From contig OZ024741.1 in the NCBI GenBank assembly GCA_964016885.1, positions 120,466,001-120,530,000 on the forward strand: 64,000 bases of DNA. The letters are read 5' to 3'. The notes beneath the pieces are model-generated. The model saw only the letters and a program-made list of their open reading frames with translations. It searched no databases and was not told the origin of the DNA. The stretch is from Eledone cirrhosa (taxonomy: Eukaryota). A program made the translations under genes and the position numbers. Positions 11,772 through 24,669 of this stretch are shown here, one piece after another (within the stretch, counting starts at the first letter, position 1; each line of letters begins with the position of its first letter).

Positions 11772-13146
11772 GTGAGTTTAGAAGACTGACGTGTATGTGT
11801 ATATATGTGTAGCGAGATCAAATGTTATTCTTTGGTGGATGTTCGATGAAAAGAATAATGCCATGATTGTGATGTTGACAATGTTTAAGAATTTATCGCT
11901 ACATTAATTACTGGCTAGCTACTTCGAGCTAGCGTGCATACATGTATCAATACGACGATACAATATAAGTGACAGGAAGACGCAAGAATAGATAAAATAC
12001 AGAAATAAACAGTATAATCGAATCTCCCGTCTGTCTGTGTGTGTGGGGGGCGGGGGGCCTTAGTTCGCTATTCCTCTCAAGGATTGCTTGCTAGTCTGTG
12101 GCCGAGAAGGTATATCGTTATCTCTCACTGACTGCTGCTTCGGTCTGCTTGTCAGTGGTCGAGAAGGTGAAAGAATAAAATGTCTGCTACATCGTTAACC
12201 TTAACACGGACTGCTTGCTTTGTAGTCTCTGGCTGTTAGATTTTCTAATTCCTTGTATTTATAATAACCCTATAGCTAGAAGGATGTGTATATGAGTTGA
12301 TTTATGGGCAGCCATCTATGTTTCCTCTGTCTATAAGCTGTCACAGGTCAAGTGGTATGTACGTTTATCATACTAGTTTCTTGACAAGACAATGGTGGGA
12401 ACCTTCCAATAATGGTTAGTCCCAGAGGCGAGAAACCTCAGATTCGGTTTCGAATCCTCGCTGGTAAAATATAGGAGTATTCCGTTATAGTACCCTCCTT
12501 CAAGGTGTGTATGAGGTTAAGATAGGTATGGCTTGGCGTGCGGGGTCGCTCTCGATGTGTAATTTGTACGATACTTTCCCAGTGAGTCGGGGAAGTTGTT
12601 GGCGAGTCCGTTGGAGAAACGGTGGGAACTGGTGGCAGGTGCTGTTCCATGAATGCTTTCCCAGTGAGTCGGGGAAGTGACTGAATTGAGGTTTTATGCT
12701 ATATGACGATGAGTGTGCAACGAGATGCGAAGCCTGTGTAAATCCAGGTGAGTTAAGCAATTCTCATGTTGCAGCCTGAGTGAGTCCAGGGGAGTTGAGC
12801 TGCATGTGTCAATAGCATGTTTCCGTACTTCAACCAGGTGAAAAGTGATCTCACAGAAAACCAACACGAATCAAGAACATACACTATGACAACAACATGT
12901 TGGGGTGTAACAAAGGTAATTTATAGATGTAAGCATGGCCAAGAAGTTTGTTTTGCAATTATGAGGTCCCGGGTTTGATACCATTAGTCAAGTGTTTTGG
13001 TGTTGCTGTGTGGAAGACCCTGGACGGACTATAGCTGTAATTTAAAGATCCAGTTTTGTTACACGGTCTCACACTGGTACTGCATAAAAATTACGTTATG
13101 GGTTCATATCTGTGGAGTACTCAGCCACTTTTCATACTAATCATAA

Positions 13147-13317
13147 TATAATAAAGGGAGGAGTGCGGGACTGTGTCCTGAATATATCTTTTATCCCATT
13201 AGTAAAATATAATGAATGAATATTACATAATTTATGTACTAAATTTCGTAATCTTGATTAAATATAAATAATTTCATTACTTATTTCAAGATTCACTTCT
13301 TTTAAAAGTTTCAAATT
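13147..13317. repeat. Solo arm of the long-TIR family found at 25143 and 27523
   Basis: tataataaagggaggagtgcgggactgtgtcctgaatata...aatgaatgaatattacataatttatg matches those arms. Confidence 0.75.
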
Positions 13318-13726
13318 GTTGTTGTTGTTGTTGTAGTTGTTGCAATTGTAGTTGTTGAAGTTGTTTTAGTAGTAATAGTAGTAGTAGTGGTGGTGGTGGT
13401 GGTGGTGGTGGTGGTGGTAGTTGTTGTTGTTGTTGTAGTGGTAGTTGTTTTAGTTGTTGTTGTTGTTGTAGTAGTAGTTGTAGTTGTTGTAGTGGTAGTT
13501 ATTTTAGTTGTAGTAGTAGTTGTTGTTGTTGTAGTGGTAGTTGTTTTAGTTGTTGTTGTTGTAGTAGTCGTAGTTGTTTTAGTTGTTGTTGTTGTAGTAG
13601 TAGTAGTAGTAGTTGTTTTAGTTGTTGTTGTTGTAGTAGTAGTAGTTATTGTTTTAGTTGTAATTGTTGTAGTAGTAGTAGTAGTTGTTGTTTTAGTTGT
13701 AATTGTTGTAGTAGTAGTAGTAGTAA

Positions 13727-13780
<54 letters not shown>

Positions 13781-13854
13781 TTGTTTTAGTTGTAATTGTT
13801 GTTGTAGTAGTAGTAGTAGTAGTAGTAGTAGTTGTTGTTTTAGTTGTAATTGTT

Positions 13855-13901
<47 letters not shown>

Positions 13902-13950
13902 TGTTGTTGTATAAGTTGTAATTGATATTACATATGTAGTTTTAGTTGTT
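13317..13950. repeat. Compound (GTA/GTT/GTG)n microsatellite
   Basis: Direct inspection. Confidence 0.95.
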
Positions 13951-13977
13951 TTATTTTTGTTTTTTCTTCCAATTCAG

Positions 13978-14077
13978 ACTCTAATTCTCTTGAGTCAGCT
14001 GCTGCAGCCACCATAGCAGCTATTTCATCCAGTCATTTTGACAATCAAAACTTCATTGTGGCAGCTGGAGCAGCCAG
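13978..14077 (+). CDS. ANKAR: ANKAR exon
   Basis: ttcag|...|gtatgt; SNSLESAAAATIAAISSSHFDNQNFIVAAGAA. Confidence 0.82.
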
Positions 14078-14297
14078 GTATGTATAGTTCAATATTGAAG
14101 CCAGTGCAGCATGGTATGTATAGTTCAATATTGAAGCCAGTGCAGCATGGTATGTATAGTTCAATATTGAAGTCAGAGCAGCAGGATATGTATGGTTCAA
14201 TATTGCAGCCAGTGTAGCAGGGTATGTATAGTTCAATATTGAAGCCAGTGCAGAAGGGTATGTATAGTTCAATATGAAGCCAGAGCAGTAGAGTATG
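14078..14297 (+). repeat. 36-bp tandem repeat (~6 copies) that includes the ANKAR 5' splice site
   Basis: Unit gtatgtatagttcaatattgaagccagtgcagcatg. Confidence 0.9.
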
Positions 14298-14909
14298 AAA
14301 AGCAAAAGGAAAATGATAATGATGGTGAGAAAAAAAGTGCAATTTAACTTCTTTGATACCAACCCACTCAAAACTGCTTCTGCTTCAATGAAACATCCAG
14401 ACATCTATTTTAAATTAATCGGCAAATTAGCAAGGTCGTTAGAGCATTGGATGTTGTTTTTTTCCTGGTTCATTGCACTCTGAGTTTAATTCCAGCTGAA
14501 GTCAATTTAGCCTTTTATCTTTCCGAGTTCAATAAAATAATGTGCTAATCCAGAGTGATGGATTAGTGGAATTATTAGAGTATCAGACGATGTTTCACAG
14601 TGTCTGCTCTGGCTCTTTGCATTCTGGCTCTCTGTGTTCAAATCCTGCTGTGATGTACTTTGGTGGTTAGACATTTAATTGGTCACCCGATTTAATAGCA
14701 CCACCTGGCCTTTGGGTGCCTTTAGGAAATCTGTTGTAAGCATACAGACCAGGGCTCAGATTAACTTTGCCTTTCAACCTTACAGGGGTCAATAAAATAC
14801 AGCCCCAGTAATGCACTGGGGTCAATTTAATTGACTTTCCCCTCCCATAAAAGTAGTGGCAAGTTTTGCCTATTTATCACAGGTTCGTCAGACAAGAACA
14901 TATATATAT

Positions 14910-14951
<42 letters not shown>

Positions 14952-14952
<1 letters not shown>

Positions 14953-15001
14953 CTTGTCTGAGGAACCTGTGATAAACATGCAAAACTCCAGAGTAACAAG
15001 A
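14952..15001 (+). ncRNA. Hammerhead motif with GAAA changed to AAAA, in a short inverted repeat around (TG)n
   Basis: UCUUGU-CUGAGGA-a ccugu gauaa acaug c-AAAA-CUC CA GAG-UA-ACAAGA; partial mirror arm at 14865-14900. Confidence 0.65.
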
Positions 15002-15076
15002 CTCATTATTTAGCCTTAATAAAATGAATATACATATATACATACCTGTATTTTTATATCCTTTCTAAATTAACAG

Positions 15077-15224
15077 ACCCCTTGTGAATTTAACACTAAG
15101 TCGGAATGTCACACTACAAGTGAAGGGTGCCAGAGCCATCGAAGCTCTTGCTGATAAGAACCCGAACAATCAAAGTATATTTCTTCAACTAGGTGCAGGA
15201 GACGCACTCGTTCAACTTCTTAAG
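15077..15224 (+). CDS. ANKAR: ANKAR exon
   Basis: aacag|...|gtgaat; PLVNLTLSRNVTLQVKGARAIEALADKNPNNQ. Confidence 0.85.
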
Positions 15225-15950
15225 GTGAATAATTTCAGAAGCCGTCTTTCTCTAGAATTCTTCTATTTTCAACAGATACTATGTGTGTATATATAATATA
15301 GATATACATATACATACACCTCGCAAAACTAATTCATATACAAAAACCTCGCAAAACTAATTCATATACATACATATATATATATAATATATACATATAC
15401 ACATACATACATATACACATACATACATACATACATACATACATACATACATACATACATACATACATGGTGGCTGCCAACTCGTTTTCGAGTACGGCCA
15501 CTACTTTATATCCATGTAGGAGAACCCCTACCGATGCGCTGAACGAGTGTGACCTTTTAGTCCAGCCAGCGACTGGTACAAACTCTGGTACAAACACTAC
15601 ACTTGTGACAATTATTGACACACAGTGCTGGGCCCATGGTACCATGTGACGACAAGTGCAGAGAGATCTCCAGATATAAAGCAATGCCTGTGCCGTGAAG
15701 CTTTTATAGTGAGCAAAGGCACTGCACAAAGCCAGTCCCACTCTCTTAACCAAGATGATATTTACCAAAAAGAAGACCAAGTCAACATCATTGGATACCA
15801 TCAGGGTTGCAGGTTTTATATCAGAGTTTTCCTTCTCCTAGAATTCTGCCTTGACAAAGGCTAAGGGGTCATCTCTCCCGGATACATACATACATACATA
15901 CATACATACATACATACATACATACATACATACATACATACATACATACA

Positions 15951-15983
<33 letters not shown>

Positions 15984-16288
15984 GTATGTATATATATATA
16001 AATAGTCTGGAATTTGCTGTCGGAATGACAAGAGCTCAGCCATCATGCTGCAACTCTCTACTATATTTACACTCTACTATCCCAAGTATTCTGCTGAATA
16101 ATGACCTTACTAGTTTAAAACTGGTGTATTCCTGATCTCTCTCACTCTCTCTCTCTCTCTGTCTATATATATATATATATCAAGTAGAGCAATGAAGTAA
16201 AGGACTCATGTATAACCCTGTAATTTAATGAGCTCAAAGGAAAAAGTTTTCCTGGGCACTTCAAAATACAATATAGAGAGGAAAATAT

Positions 16289-16935
16289 AATATAGAGAGG
16301 AAAAACACAGGAGAGTGTGTTTTCATTTACAGGAGCTATAAGGCCACTATCATAAAGAACATATAAGCTACGAAAGGTTTGGGAAATACATTATAATTAA
16401 AAGGATAAATTAAAATGAAAAAAACCAACCTCATAACATAATCTCACATGTACAGATTCACAAGGAGAATCTTTCACCATAAATTAGTGGGGACCAATTC
16501 AGCCTTATGGATCATCAGCATGTGCACAGCCGATATTGTCCTCACTACTAAGGAGACCTAAAATAACTGACCTGTAGTACGTGTAAATGGAAAGGGAATG
16601 TGTGTGTGAGGCAGTGACTAGATGTATGAATAGAACAAGAAGCCACTAGGAATGGCAGCTTATAACCATTCAATTTATAGAGCTCAACAAGCAGAAACGC
16701 AAGGAGCTAATATCAAATAAAGCAACGGAGTAAAGCTCTCGCTTATAACTCTGTAATTTAATGAGCTCAAAGGATTTTATGATTTAGTTATAAGGTTGGT
16801 TTTTTTCATTTTAATTTATCCTTTTAATTATAGTGTATTTCCCAAACCTCTCATAGCTTATATGTTCTTCACGCTAGTGGTCTTATAGCTCCTGTAAATG
16901 AAAACACATTCTCCTGTGTTTTTCCTCTCTATATT
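16289..16935. mobile_element. Fold-back element with ~150-bp arms between TA tracts; also a ~45-bp direct repeat at ~16197 and ~16729
   Basis: 16289-16438 is the reverse complement of 16787-16935. Confidence 0.85.
16445..16524 (-). ncRNA. Hammerhead motif with three well-formed stems and a 2-nt insertion at the cleavage site
   Basis: CACAUG-CUGAUGA-u CCAUAA..UUAUGG u-GAAA-GAUUC uccuugu GAAUC-UGUA-CAUGUG. Confidence 0.72.
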
Positions 16936-16962
16936 ATATGTATATATATATGTGTGTGTGTG

Positions 16963-17055
<93 letters not shown>

Positions 17056-17075
17056 ATGTGTTATATATATATATA

Positions 17076-17252
17076 TTGTGATATGACAAAGTTTCACTTT
17101 AAAAGGTTTTTATGGTATATTAACGGTTACATATGCTTCACAGATAATTAGCTCAAGATATACACCTATATTGGAGCCAATCATCTGTGACCATATGTAA
17201 TGGTCAATATACAATAAAAACTTTTAAAGTGAAACTTTGTCAAATCTCACTT
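17076..17252. repeat. Imperfect ~180-bp hairpin between TA tracts
   Basis: tgacaaagtttcactttaaaag / cttttaaagtgaaactttgtca and ttacatatg / catatgtaa. Confidence 0.75.
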
Positions 17253-17852
17253 AATATATATACACCCTGCTATAGCATTGTGTACTTACATTGGTGTAAC
17301 CTCCTGTAGTAGAAAATTTACTGAATAACTTATTATCATCATCATCATCATCATCATCATCATTTTACGCCCGCTTTTCCCTGCTTGCAATATATATCCT
17401 TTGGCAGAAGAGACAGAACTGTGTCCATTTTTTTCTGTTGTCTTTGTTTTATGCACCCCGCTTTTTTTATTTATGTAATTTTTTCCATTCTTTTTTCTTC
17501 TCATTCCCTGTCTTTCTATTTCATTATTTATTTCTCATTCTATCATCTGATCTAGTGTCTGAAATATAAAGAGACTTTTCCTACTATATTCAGTATTAAA
17601 CTAAAAATATATTTCTTCATTGTGCTGCATTGTTTGCTTTGTTGTTTCCATTTACGTTTTGCATATATATATATATATCTCATCATCATCATATCCCAAT
17701 GGACACTGGAATGAATTGTATCAACCTTAATGCACCAAAACCATACTGATTTCATAAGTTGACTGAGAAAGTGGGATTTGCCGTCTTTCCGGGCTGTTTT
17801 CCATTGTCTTTGTCCTGTGCACACCCTATTTTGAACATATATATATATATAA

Positions 17853-17913
<61 letters not shown>

Positions 17914-18056
17914 ATGATCTCCAGAAGACAGTCGATGAGCAGGAATTGTCCATATGTCTTTTGTATTCTATATATGCCCCGTGTGTTTTTTGATAATATT
18001 ATCTTTGTAAACCACAACCTAATTTTGAAATCACAACCATATATATATATATACAG

Positions 18057-18213
18057 AATATCAATGACAATGAGAGAGAACAAGGGGCTTGTGCTCTGTG
18101 GGCATTGGCAGGTCATACACGCCCTCAACAGAAGACAATTGCAGAGACCATTGGCATTTCTAATATTATGAAGATGTTGCTTGAAAACAAGTCAGAAAAA
18201 TTGCTGTTAGTTG
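18057..18213 (+). CDS. ANKAR: ANKAR exon
   Basis: atacag|...|gtaagt; EREQGACALWALAGHTRPQQKTIAETIG. Confidence 0.85.
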
Positions 18214-18270
18214 GTAAGTTTTACCATAAATTCATTTACTCTGTACTCATATACATATATATATATATAT

Positions 18271-18647
18271 ATCAAAATAAAGATCCGAAAGCATGGTATA
18301 AATTTCCAATCATTTTAATCACGACACGTTTCAATAAGAGATAGATCGATCGTATAGCCATGATCAAATTATTACTGATCTCATCAGGTGAAAATGAATT
18401 GTCTTCAAATCCTTGATATGAGGGAGAAAATTAACGGTGTTCATTCACAGAGTTTAGTCCCTCATATGTTAATGTACACCATTAATTTTCACCCTCATAT
18501 CAAGGATTTGAAGACAATTCATTTTCAACTGATGAGATCAGTGATAATCGATCATGGCTATACGATCGATCTATCTCTTATTGAAATATGTGTCGTGATT
18601 AAAATGATTGGAAATTTATACCATGCCTTCGGATCTTTATTTTGATA
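18271..18647. mobile_element. Near-perfect hairpin (~175-bp arms) with a hammerhead motif in each arm
   Basis: Minus strand 18311-18396: CAUUUUCAC-CUGAUGA-long stem II-GAAA-CGUG-UC-GUGAUUAAAAUG; plus copy at 18520-18606. Confidence 0.85.
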
Positions 18648-19131
18648 CAAATACTCCATTTTACATCATCTAGCTGTTCCCATAAATGGAATTGGAGATA
18701 TACAAAAGCGTGGAGAACTTAATATTGCTAACAAAAATGTTATTGGACCATTTGACACAACCAATAATAGACCTTACTATATAACAACTATATAAATCAT
18801 CATCATCATCATTTTACGTCCGCTTTTCCCTGCTTGCAAGGGTGGGACGGGAACTGATTTTGGCTTGATTTCTACAGCTGGATGCCCTTCCTAACACCAA
18901 CCTCATTTACAGTGAGTGCTGGGTGCTTTTTTGCCGTGGCACCTCCACAACCACTTTGCAGTGGAATGATAGGGACCCCAGTCCCTATCATCTCATTTCT
19001 ACAGCTGAGTAAACTGGAACAATGTGAAATAAAGTGTCTTGCTCAAAGAAACAACACATCACCCGGTCTGAGAATTGAACTCACAACCTTTCGATTGCAA
19101 GCCCAATGCTCTAACCACTAGCCATGTGCCT

Positions 19132-19368
<237 letters not shown>

Positions 19369-19545
19369 AACACTCAAACACACACATACATCCACATACA
19401 CACATAAACACACACACGCATGTATATATATTTGTGTATGTGTGTGTGTTTGTGTATGTGTGCATGTGTGTGTATGTTACCATTTATTTATTAGCTGTAC
19501 CTTGATGCATGAGCTGCTGGAGAATAACTATTGTTGTAGTAGTAT

Positions 19546-19593
<48 letters not shown>

Positions 19594-20476
19594 CGGTAGC
19601 AGGAGGAGTGGGAGCAGTAGCATAGCTTGAGGTACATACACCAAGCCAGTGGAGAGTGGTGAAAACAAACGTGTCCGAGAGGTTAAGAGGTTCACTTAGC
19701 AATTACTAAGTCCCAGGTTCAATCCCTCTACAGAGCATCTTGGGCAAGCGTCATTTAGCCTAGGCTCAACCAAAGCCTTGACAGTGAAATTGGATAGACA
19801 GAAGAAACTGATTGGAAGACCGTCAGATGAACTATACCTGTAATTCAACTTTGTCACACACTGTGTCACGTTGAACTTCTTCAAGAATTGCATTAAGAGA
19901 ACATGTGTCTGTGAAATACTCAGCCACTTACACTATTATACAAGATAGACTGTACTTGTAATTCAAAGGGTTGATCTAGTCCTACACTCTGCTATTCTGA
20001 ATTTCACCAAGAGTTATGTTAAAAGTACATGTATCTGTGGAATATTCAGCCACTTAATACATTAATTTAATGAGCAGGCTGTTCGGTTGATCAAATAACT
20101 GGAACCATCATCGTTAAAACTGATCGAGGTCCATTTACCTTACTATTACATTCCCAGACATATGGCACATGGCTTTGTGATTAGGGTATTCGGCTCATGA
20201 TTGTAAGGTCATGAGTTTGATTCCCGGAAGCACAATATACTTTATTTCATGCTTCTCCAATCCACTCAGCTGGCAAAAATGAATTGTACCTGTAATTCGA
20301 AAGGCCATCCTTGTCATATTCTGTGTCACGTTGAAACTATGTTAAGGATATGCATGTCTATGAAATGCTCAACCACTTGCATGTTAATTTCAGGAGCAAG
20401 CTGTTCCATTGCATGTATTAACTGGAACACTCGTCATATAACGACAGGATGCCAGTTTTACATTCACAGACATATA

Positions 20477-21356
20477 CGAGGTGTGTCAGAAAAGTTCCAG
20501 GACTGATGTCACAAAAGATTTATTTTGAATACAAACTTCACACTAAGAGTTTTCTCCTTCAAAGTAATCCCCCTGGAGTCTAATGCACTTTTCCATCCTT
20601 TTCTGCCACACTTGCATGCATTCCTGGAAGGATTCTTCCAGGATCCTCCGCAGTTCCATCGTCACGGCCTTTTTGATGTCGTCCACGTCTTCAAAACGAG
20701 TCCCCTCCGGGTCGTACTCGAAGATCCATGACTCATCACCGGTGATGAATGTCCCTAGCAAGTCTGGTTCGGTTTCAAGATGCTCGAGGATGTCCTGGCA
20801 CACTTGCATGCGTCGACACTTCTGGTCATCGTTCAGCAGTTTTGGCACCATCTTCACACAGACTTTCCGCATGTTCAAATCTTCAGTGAGAATCTTCCAG
20901 ACGCTGTCCCGATTCATGCCCAGCTCATTTGCCATCAGTCGAACAGTCAGCCGACGATTGCTACGCACCATCTGCCTGACGCGCTCAACATTGACCTCAG
21001 TCCTGGTTGTTGAGGGCCTTCCGCTCCTGGGGTCATCTTGCTCCACTCAAAAACACGTGAGCGTGACATCGTCTCATCTCCATACCCTTGCTGCAGCAAT
21101 CCCAGTGCTTCTGACGGAGTTTTCCTCAACCATACCAGAAACTTCAAGTTTGTTCTTTGCTCTGTGCTCATTGCTTGACGACCTGAAACAGAGGACATGT
21201 ATGTAAAATTAGGAAGAAAAAAGTTTGATCGCTGCAGAGAGCTAAGATTACAGTTACATACTCCAGGGGGATTACTTTGAAGGAGAAAACTCTTAGTGTG
21301 AAGTTTGAAATAAATCTTTTGTGACATCAGTCCTGGAACTTTTCTGACACACCTCG
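20477..21356 (-). mobile_element. Mariner transposon, internally deleted, copy 1
   Basis: TA flanks; TIR cgaggtgtgtcagaaaagttccaggact; DDPRSGRP, MVPK and ITGDESWIFEYDPE fused directly to C-terminal ...QGDYFE. Confidence 0.92.
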
Positions 21357-21667
21357 TATAAACTGACGGATGATCATTCCCACCTTCCTTTAGCATGCTT
21401 CTCATCGAGGTGTATTTGATATAACCATGTACTTAGTATTTTCCTTTCTTGATATTTTTCTTTTTTTTTATTAGTATATAGTGCTCAAGTAAATTTATTC
21501 CACATGCCACAGTAGCAGGCATATGCCTGCTACCATCGCTTCAGGATAGTTATACATGGCCAGCAGCATATCATAATGATTACATAACTGCACCAATGAT
21601 TGTGTAAGTATCTGTTGAAGTCACATGAATAACCATGTAACAGAAATATATATCATCCAATAAATAA

Positions 21668-24028
21668 CACTGGTCAACAAAATTAAATGTATTATACTCA
21701 CTATGAATACAAACCAACTTTTTTAGACTAATTTTTCATGGTGATTTCAAAATTTCACTCCATTTGTATGCAGCATGTATCAGTTTATCAGTAGATACAT
21801 GCAAATATTTACATATTTGATATATGAAATCATTAACGTAATAAATAAGGACATATTGCTTTTTAGAAAGTAATGAGTTTATTGAGTTAAAAATCATCAC
21901 TATCATTCTACAAAGAGTGAATACACAAAAAATGGGTCAGACAAAACAGACAAAGTTAGAACAACAGAGTTAGAAACATTGTGATTTGGATTTCCTGCCA
22001 TGTTCCTGATGTAGTTTATCACGTTAAAGTGTCCAGCAGTAGTCAGCCAGCATACTGTCATTCCAGAAGCCCTAATACCGTTTCTCCATAGCACTAATGT
22101 CCTGGTGAAATCTTTCACCATGTTCATCAGACACTGCTCCAAGATTATCTGCGAAGAAATCCAGATGGAAGTCCAAGAAGTGAACTTTCAATGACGTGCG
22201 ACAACCCATTGCTGAGTAACATTTCAGAAGATTCTTGATGCCATCCTTGTAGTCCATTGCCTTCTTGTTGCCCCAAAAATTCTCACAGATCCAATTGAAA
22301 GCATTCCGGGCAGGTAGTTCCAGTTCATCCAGGGTTGTCTTGAAGTTGACATCATTGAGTACTTCTCTAATTTGGGGTCTGACAAAGATACCCTCTTTCA
22401 ACTTTGCCTGTGCGATTTTGGGAAACTTTTCTGCAATATACTCAATCCTCTGGCATTTCTCTTCCCTAGTATCTTCACAAACTGTTTCATCAGTCCAAGA
22501 TTTATGTGCAAAGGAGGCAATAAGACATTACATGGCTCTACAAGAGGTATATTCTTGACGCTAGACAGTTCTGGCTGGTATGATGTTCTTGTCCCCCAGT
22601 TTGATTCTGAATAATGTCTGTCAGTTGCCCGACTATCCCATAGACACAAGAAACAACAGTATTTTGTGAAACCTGACTGCAATCCCATTTACATTCCAAT
22701 GACTTTTAAATCTCCACATATTTTCCATGAGGATCTTTCATAGGCAATGGCATGAAGTAAAAGTTCCATATTCTCATATGATTCATGAAGATGAACGGAG
22801 TGTGTAATAGGAATGGAGGGCTTCAAATTACCATTATGGAGAAGTACAGCTTTTAAACTTTGTTTTGAAGAGTCAATAAACAAATGCCACTCTGCAGGAT
22901 CATGATTTTGTGATAAACAATGTTATTGCAAAAGAAAAGCGGGCCTTCATCAGAAAAACACGTTTGTAGAACGACATTTCTCTGCCGACAATAAGTTATA
23001 CACCGTGCTCTAGCAGATACTTCTCCTTCAGTCTTGATGCCAACAGTTCTGCTTTATCTTTTGAGAGGGATAGGTTTCTGACAAGGTCATTCAGTTCAGC
23101 TTGGGAACATTTCTGAGGTTCAAAGCTATCATCATCAACTACGTAATCTTCCTCAGCAGCACTATCATGATAGTCAGCAACATCATCTGATGTTTTAATA
23201 CCCTCATTTGGTGGAACTGGAATTGGCAGACTTCTATTGTGAGGCACAGGTCTCATTGCAGAATCCAAATTAGGATACACAATTTTGTGTTTATTCTTCA
23301 TAAATAATCCTGTGACATTTACTTTGCAAAAATAACTGTCATTAAATGGTCTTTTGACTCCCTCCATATCATTGGAATAACAAAAGGCATGAACTTCTTC
23401 TTATTGAACCAGTCACGTAAGCCATTTGTGCAAGCTGAGCAGATAAAATGTGGTGCCCATAACTTGTCCTGATCTCCAAGAGGACAGTCAAAGTATAGCT
23501 TATAAATCTTTTTGATCTCGGGTGTTATTGTACGTTTTTGAGCTTTCACAATAAATTGTCCACAGACATAACAAAATACATCAGGACGATTTCTACACTG
23601 TCTTGACATTGTTAACACTAAAACAAGTAAGGAAATAGATACAAACAGTTATACTTATATTGAATTTGAGATGATGAAATATTTCATCAGACCAATTATG
23701 ACTGGACAATTTGAGGTTTTGAAATACCTATTTCATCAGACAAAATTTGATTGGTTAATTTAAGATGATGAAATATTGCATCTGAACTATGCAGCAATGA
23801 ATAATGTAGTTTATTTTAAAGGTATGTTTCCATGATGTAAATGAAATACATGAATACATGTCATTAATTGGAATTTCTATATAATGCATGAGCTAAAACC
23901 AAAAAACTTTCTCGTCTTGAAAACTGTACATGATGTCAAAAAACTAATTGTATATTTGAAATCAGCATTAAAAACTACACTAAGTACACCTTGACATATG
24001 CTTGATGAAAAATACTTGTTGACCAATA
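21668..24028 (-). mobile_element. Chapaev3-like (CMC) DNA transposon, full length but decayed
   Basis: TAA-cactggtcaacaa ... ttgttgaccaata-TAA; transposase pieces CYVCG, GDQDKLWAPH, FIDSSKQSLKAVLLHNGN, LPPLHINLGLMKQFVK, SDEHGERFHQD with frameshifts. Confidence 0.75.
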
Positions 24029-24474
24029 TAATTATGGTGAAATAATCCCGTCTTAACTACTCTTATTTGATAAATGAATACTCCATCAATTCTAATCATC
24101 AACTCTTACCTGGGATAAACTACTGACGTGAAGTGCTTTTGGATCGCTCAGACTGGCTTATCCTCTAGAAGTTACTACATAGCAACTACTTATAAACAAC
24201 ATTCTTCTGCAACTATATATATATATAGTTTTTGATGATTTGGTGTTAAAGAATAAAAACTAATGATAAAATAGAAACATATTTTTAAAAATGAGGCCGC
24301 CAAGGGTGTGTGGCCCTAAGCTATATCTTATTTAACTTATAGATAAGTCCAGCACTGGTCTGCCTTCTGGTCCTGACAGACCAACAGATGTTTTCGTATG
24401 TGCCAGTTGTTCATAAAATATACTGTGATGTTTTCAACAACAACAAATTGAGTTGTGTTGAATTTCTATTTGAG

Positions 24475-24636
24475 GTTGTCTGTCGGCCATTGGACTCGTC
24501 AAGGAAGATTTTGTTCATCAGAGCAACATGGTTAAAGCAGACGTATTACAACAGTTAATTCGACTTCTCAATGGGAACCATCTATCTCAGCAAGTGATGA
24601 TGATGGTAGTGAAAGTTCTGGGAATGCTGTGTATTG
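24475..24636 (+). CDS. ANKAR: ANKAR exon (apparent GAG acceptor)
   Basis: ttgag|GT...G|gtaaga; CLSAIGLVKEDFVHQ...VKVLGMLCI; phase 1-1 fits both neighbours. Confidence 0.78.
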
Positions 24637-24669
24637 GTAAGATATTGGAAATTTATTTTAAAGCAAAAA

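Noticed and set aside
11808-12912. Possible solo LTRs (TGTAGC...GCTACA at 11808-12191; TGTCAC...GTAACA at 12339-12912)
   Set aside because: No matching TSD, primer-binding site or second copy visible
13387-13914. Poly-Val ORF, plus the many YI/CV/N-repeat ORFs elsewhere
   Set aside because: Translations of microsatellites
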